A stretch of 13,729 nt of DNA from the NCBI GenBank assembly GCA_020137815.1, contig WFME01000029.1, positions 1 through 13,729 on the forward strand. Reading direction: 5' to 3'. This DNA is from Hormiphora californensis. Lineage: Eukaryota > Animalia > Ctenophora. Made by a program: the position numbers and the translations under genes. This document shows positions 9,653 to 13,729 of this stretch, in pieces (within the stretch, counting starts at the first letter, position 1; each line of letters starts with the position of its first letter). The notes under the pieces are model-generated. The model worked only from the letters and a program-made list of their open reading frames with translations, ran no database searches and was not told the DNA's origin.

Positions 9653-11865
9653 GGACTGTTTCTACTACGAGTAACATATTACTGCTTAATGCAAGGAGTC
9701 TAAGTCCGGCAGGTGATACGTGCTGGAAACTCGGTCTTATTAGAGATTATATAAGAAATGAGAAAACTCCTACAGTAGCCATTACAGTTACTGAAACCTG
9801 GTTTAAAGGGTATCACTCAGATGCCCAGGTTGAGATACCGGGATATAATGTTTTTAGGAGTGACAGAGTGAGTAGAGTCGGTGGAGGCTGTGCTCTGTAT
9901 GTTCACTCGTCGCTGGCTGTTTCTGATAGTACATGTTTTGCTAGTGCGTTTAACAATATGAAAGCTGTCTATGTTGGCCAGATTAACACCATATTTGCTG
10001 CTGTTTATCGTTCAGAGTCGAGTGTTTTGGACTTTCAGAGACTAATGAACACCTTACAGACATTTATCGATAAGTACAGTGAGAGCGGGTTACCAGAAGT
10101 GGTATTATCGGGTGATTTTAATCTCCCACTCTTTAATTGGGTTGACGGGTCATCAGTCCCAGTTGATCAGCCTAACTACAATGTTGTATCGGACTTTATG
10201 GACACTAATTTTCTATCCCAGGTTGTAGAGGGCCCTACCAGGGGCAACAACTACGTTAGATCTCGTGTTCACCAACAGACCGGACTACTTCAGCGATATT
10301 TCCATTACAGATGAGGGTGTATCAGATCATCTGTGGGTATCATGTCACCTCACCTTCAACCCTCTCGGTCCAGTAAGTCTATTTCTGCCTGGCAAACTGG
10401 AAGGTTATCGGCAACTGGATCTCCATTCAGCGGACTTCGTGAGTATTGATGCTGACCTTGCAGCTACTGATTGGGACAAACTGCTTGTTGAGTGTGAGGA
10501 TCTGGGTGATGAGGATGGCTCATTGTTTGTGGAAGCTGTTCGAGATAGAGTGTTCAAGGTGGTTAAGTCACATTGCCGAGTGAAGAAAATGCGAAAGGAC
10601 TTTGTAGACAAGGAGCTCAGGCATTTGACTAGCAGGAGGCGTAAACTTGATAAACGTAAGAACGATTCAGTAAAGTGGAAATCGGTGATGGATTGTTTAA
10701 TTGGGAAAATCAAATCCCATCTGATATCAAGGGACAAGAAAGTGGAGAGGAAGGCTGTGGGTGCTATCAAGGTAAACCCCAAGTACTTTTATAATCACGT
10801 TAAAAAGAACTCCAAGGTTAAATCATCAGTTGCCCCCCTTGAGCGTGCGGATGGTTCCTTAACTGTGGACCCCCTGGAGAAGGCCCTCTCCTCTTCCTTA
10901 TTTATATACTGGACCTGGAATCTGTACTGGATGGTAGTATGTGTCTCACCTTTGCGGATGATACCAAGTTAATGAAAGCCATAACAGATATTGTTGATCA
11001 GGAGGGTTTACAATCTGATCTTTTGAAGGTTACAGAATGGGCCAAGATAAACAATATGGTGCTACATGATCAGAAATTTCAACTCCTGAGTTACAGACTG
11101 AACAAGTCGGCAATCTACAAGGAATTCCCTTTTTCAGTTGACATATGTTCGTATACCACAAAATCTGGAGTACAACTGTTTCCTGAAGCTGATGTCCGTG
11201 ACTTGGGTGTCCAGATGTCCTCGGATGGTTCTTGGTCTAAGCACATTGCCACCATTGTGAGGAGAGCCTCTCTCCTATCTGGGTGGATTTTCAGTGTTTT
11301 TCGAGATCGTTCACCAGAGGTAATGTTGCAACTCTTCAAATCACTGGTCAGACCAATTTTGGAGTATTGTTGTCTGGTCTGGGATCCGTCAAAGTCTGGG
11401 GACATCAAGTCAATTGAGAACGTCCAACGGTGTTTTACTAGAAGACTTGATGGAATGCAGAATCTCGACTATTGGGAGAGATTAAAAGTTCTCAACCTGA
11501 TGTCTCTTCAACGTAGGAGACAACGTTACATGTTGATACATGTGTGGAAGACGATCCATGGGTTTGTTCCGAATTCTGCAAATCTTGTGTTCCAACACAG
11601 TGCAAGGCTGGGTATGAGGTTAGTCCCACCAGTGTTTCCTTATCGGGCTGAGACCTGGAGAGCGAATCAGTACCATTCTTCCTTCGGACCGAGAGCTGCT
11701 CACCTGTGGAACAGGTTGCCAGCGGCCGTTAACTCTTGCGGAAGCTTAGGTCAATTCAAATCATCCCTGGGCAATTACTTGACAGGCTTTTATGACCGTC
11801 CCCCTGTCAGAGGCTATCCATCACTTCCCAATGATATTTCCCCTCAATGTGCTGTAAATGTCTGA
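9637..11865 (+). pseudogene. LINE ORF2 (AP endonuclease + reverse transcriptase), frameshifted and internally deleted
   Basis: APE motifs LLNARSL, VTETWF, RVGGGCALYV, SGDFNLP, PTRGNN-(+1 frameshift ~10252)-TLDLVFTN and SDH. At ~10883 the sequence jumps from DPLEKA to GPLLFLIYILDL...FADDTKL in another frame. The C-terminus has CR1-type motifs LVRPILEYCCLVWDP, IENVQRCFTR and YWERLKVLNLMSLQRRRQR. Confidence 0.92.
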
Positions 11866-11950
11866 GAGTGGCTGAGAGGTGATACGTGTTTAATTTATTT
11901 AGGTGGACCCACTAAGGGAAGGCCTGTTGTGTACACTAAAACTTTTATTG

Positions 11951-11974
11951 TAAACTTGTAAACTTGTAAACTTG
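11951..11974 (+). repeat. LINE 3' tail (TAAACTTG)3
   Basis: Three exact octamers 85 nt after the ORF2 stop; CR1-group LINEs end in short tandem repeats rather than poly(A). Confidence 0.85.
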
Positions 11975-12142
11975 AAACCGGTTGCATTTAAAAGCTGTTA
12001 TCTTCCTCTTTCCAACGCTACCAAAACCATTTCTGTACCTTATCTGGAACCGGAGATATGATTGATTATGTATTCCCCCCCAGCGCGGTATTCCCTCCAG
12101 GCCCCTTATATTATATTATAAGGGGCCTGCAACGTATGCCAA

Positions 12143-12359
12143 GATTTTTTGAAACTGTCACCCCCCCTGAGTTTTCAAATTTCTTTAAATGACCATAAGT
12201 CCGGTTCCTGATGAGATAGAGACTTGAAATTTGGAGGTTATAAAGATCTTGCTAAGTTCTTCCGAACCTCCAAATTTCAAGTCTCTATCTTATCAGGAAC
12301 CGGAGATATGTTAATTTTGTTATTTCAGGGGGGTGACAGTTTCAAAAAATCCGACTTTA
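12143..12359. mobile_element. Palindromic MITE-like unit 1 of tandem array
   Basis: Outer IR gattttttgaaactgtcacccccc / ggggggtgacagtttcaaaaaatc; inner 39-bp IR at 12201-12239 / 12265-12303. Confidence 0.75.
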
Positions 12360-12592
12360 AAGTCCAATTTTTTATTGAAGCGACAGGCCGCCGCGCATCA
12401 AAATGCAGCGCTTGAAATCGATTTCCGGTTCCTGATAAGCTAGCAACTTTTTCTTGGTGCCATTGGAAAGATAAAAATTTTATCTTTCCAACGCAACCAG
12501 GATCAAGTCTCTATCTCATCAGGAACCGGAGATATGACCAATTAACCAATTGTGTGCGCGGCGGCCTGTCGCTTAAATAAAAAATTCGACTA
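12358..12592. mobile_element. Palindromic MITE-like unit 2 of tandem array
   Basis: IR ttttttattgaagcgacaggccgccgcgca / tgcgcggcggcctgtcgcttaaataaaaaa; inner ccggttcctgat / atcaggaaccgg. Confidence 0.75.
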
Positions 12593-12861
12593 AAGTCGGA
12601 TTTTTTGAAACTGTCACCCCCCTGGGTGACGCGCGATGTTTTATTTGCGCGTAGGAAACTTGTTTTGGCGGTTTTTTGGCTCTCACGCCTTTGTTTCTTG
12701 ACCAATTTCGTCAAATCAAAGTTTTACGGACTCACAAAAATATGCTCTTTCCGGTGATATGCGGTTTTTTGCCGAAAAGTGAGAGGAAGTGGGGGCTGTC
12801 ACGCGCAAATACGACGCCGCGCACGAAAAGGGGGGTGACAGTTTCAAAAAATCCGACTTTA
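12591..12861. mobile_element. MITE-like unit 3 of tandem array, perfect ~32-bp TIRs
   Basis: TAAAGTCGGATTTTTTGAAACTGTCACCCCCC ... GGGGGGTGACAGTTTCAAAAAATCCGACTTTA. Confidence 0.8.
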
Positions 12862-12919
12862 TACTCGGTGGTCTTTTAGTTTTCATTTCCTTTCTTTTAT
12901 GGTTTAGTGGTCACTATTC

Positions 12920-13114
12920 TCCAACCAGAAGACGGTTAAACCCCCACCGGGACTACGTCCCTGTACCCTGCCTGTGGGGTGTTTCAACCTCTGACCGGGA
13001 CGATCGCCCTGGACGCACAACTCACAAGGAACCACTGGGTCGGAGTTCTGTCCCTGGGACCTGGGTCGGTATGTGCTGCACACAATGTCGGCTATTAAAT
13101 TGAATTGAATTGAA
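12920..13114 (+). mobile_element. Possible 3' end of a truncated LINE or SINE with (TTGAA)3 tail
   Basis: GC-richer segment ending abruptly in TTGAATTGAATTGAA (13100-13114). The left boundary is approximate and there is no coding homology. Confidence 0.4.
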
Positions 13115-13171
13115 AGCAATGGTTTTTGGTCTAAACTCCGATCCTAGTTCCTACACATATCGCTGCCTCAG

Positions 13172-13292
13172 TAGAAATCTGAATAATGAGTTCAGAGCAA
13201 GAGGTCCCTGGTTCAATTCCCGGTCAAACCCAGTATTTTTCGATTTTCTTCCCTATTTAATTCTTGCTCTGAACTCATTATTCAGAATACTA
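13172..13292 (+). repeat. 25-bp inverted repeats enclosing a tRNA T-arm/B-box-like motif
   Basis: TCTGAATAATGAGTTCAGAGCAAGA (13178-13202) / TCTTGCTCTGAACTCATTATTCAGA (13262-13286); GGTTCAATTCC at 13210-13220. Confidence 0.7.
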
Positions 13293-13521
13293 ATTAATCT
13301 CTCCTTAAGCGAGTTCTGCCCGTGTATGTGTGAGATTCCTCATTAAACTGTTGTACAGAGGGCGTGTGTGTGTTGATCACCAGAAGGAGATATCAAAATT
13401 ACTTCCCTCAGTAGAAATCTATTACTTACTTAGAACTTGCTGTTTTCCAGCCAAAACTAGTCCAGTATGCTCATATGTAAATGGTATGGCTCCGATGATT
13501 CATCGGTGATAAATAAGGATC

Positions 13522-13674
13522 TAAAGTCCTTTTTTTTCAACTGTCCACCCAAAAACTGAAATTTGATAAAAATTAGAATTTGGGTGGCGCACGCTACACC
13601 TTAACATGTGATAAACGCGCAAAACAATTCCGTGCACGACTTTGGGGGGTGAACAGTTGAAAAAAAGGAGTATG
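13522..13674 (-). mobile_element. ~155-bp MITE-like element, copy 2 (inverted)
   Basis: Reverse-complement match to 824-979 (e.g. cgcgcaaaacaattccgtgcacgactttggggggtgaacagttgaaaaaaa). Confidence 0.8.
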
Positions 13675-13729
13675 AAAGAGGGTAAAGTTTACGAATCCAC
13701 CATTAACAAGGACGTTCAACCGAGAAAGT

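Larger units (their letters stand above)
8229..11974 (+). mobile_element. CR1-type non-LTR retrotransposon (LINE), defective copy
   Basis: ORF1, overlapping ORF2 (APE endonuclease + RT), ~85-nt 3' UTR and an 8-bp tandem-repeat tail. The 5' boundary is uncertain and may continue left of the hAT insertion. Confidence 0.9.

Noticed and set aside
9060-11408. Antisense and alternative-frame ORFs over the LINE
   Set aside because: Shadow ORFs of ORF1/ORF2 with no independent motifs.
13150-13235. Functional tRNA gene
   Set aside because: Only a T-arm-like part is present; no acceptor, D or anticodon stems can be folded.
12224-13346. Short ORFs containing GGDSFKKSDF
   Set aside because: The recurring peptide is just the translated MITE terminal repeat.
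824-13674. One giant composite transposon bounded by the two inverted 155-bp copies
   Set aside because: Each copy has its own inverted ends, the copies are clearly diverged, and no shared flanking duplication beyond TA/TG is seen.

Overview
Eukaryotic, repeat-dense invertebrate DNA made almost entirely of nested transposable elements; the repeat style suggests a ctenophore such as Pleurobrachia, but that is only an impression. (1) A complete 6,986-bp hAT-superfamily DNA transposon (1235-8220, hATm-like TAGAGTG termini) has ~245-bp terminal inverted repeats and a perfect 8-bp target-site duplication (GAGGAGGC). Its minus-strand transposase gene has ~12 exons (~815 aa) with D..D..CxxH..E motifs intact, and the ORF track shows it only as fragments. 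Its introns hold two MITEs, a 151-bp tandem array, a head-to-tail 193/196-bp dimer and microsatellites. (2) A CR1-type LINE follows, with an open PHD-like/CCCH ORF1, an ORF2 disabled by a frameshift and an internal RT deletion, and a (TAAACTTG)3 tail. (3) Short palindromic non-autonomous elements are joined end to end at shared TA dinucleotides near both ends of the window. No host gene or new enzymatic system could be firmly supported; the novelty here is in transposon architecture.
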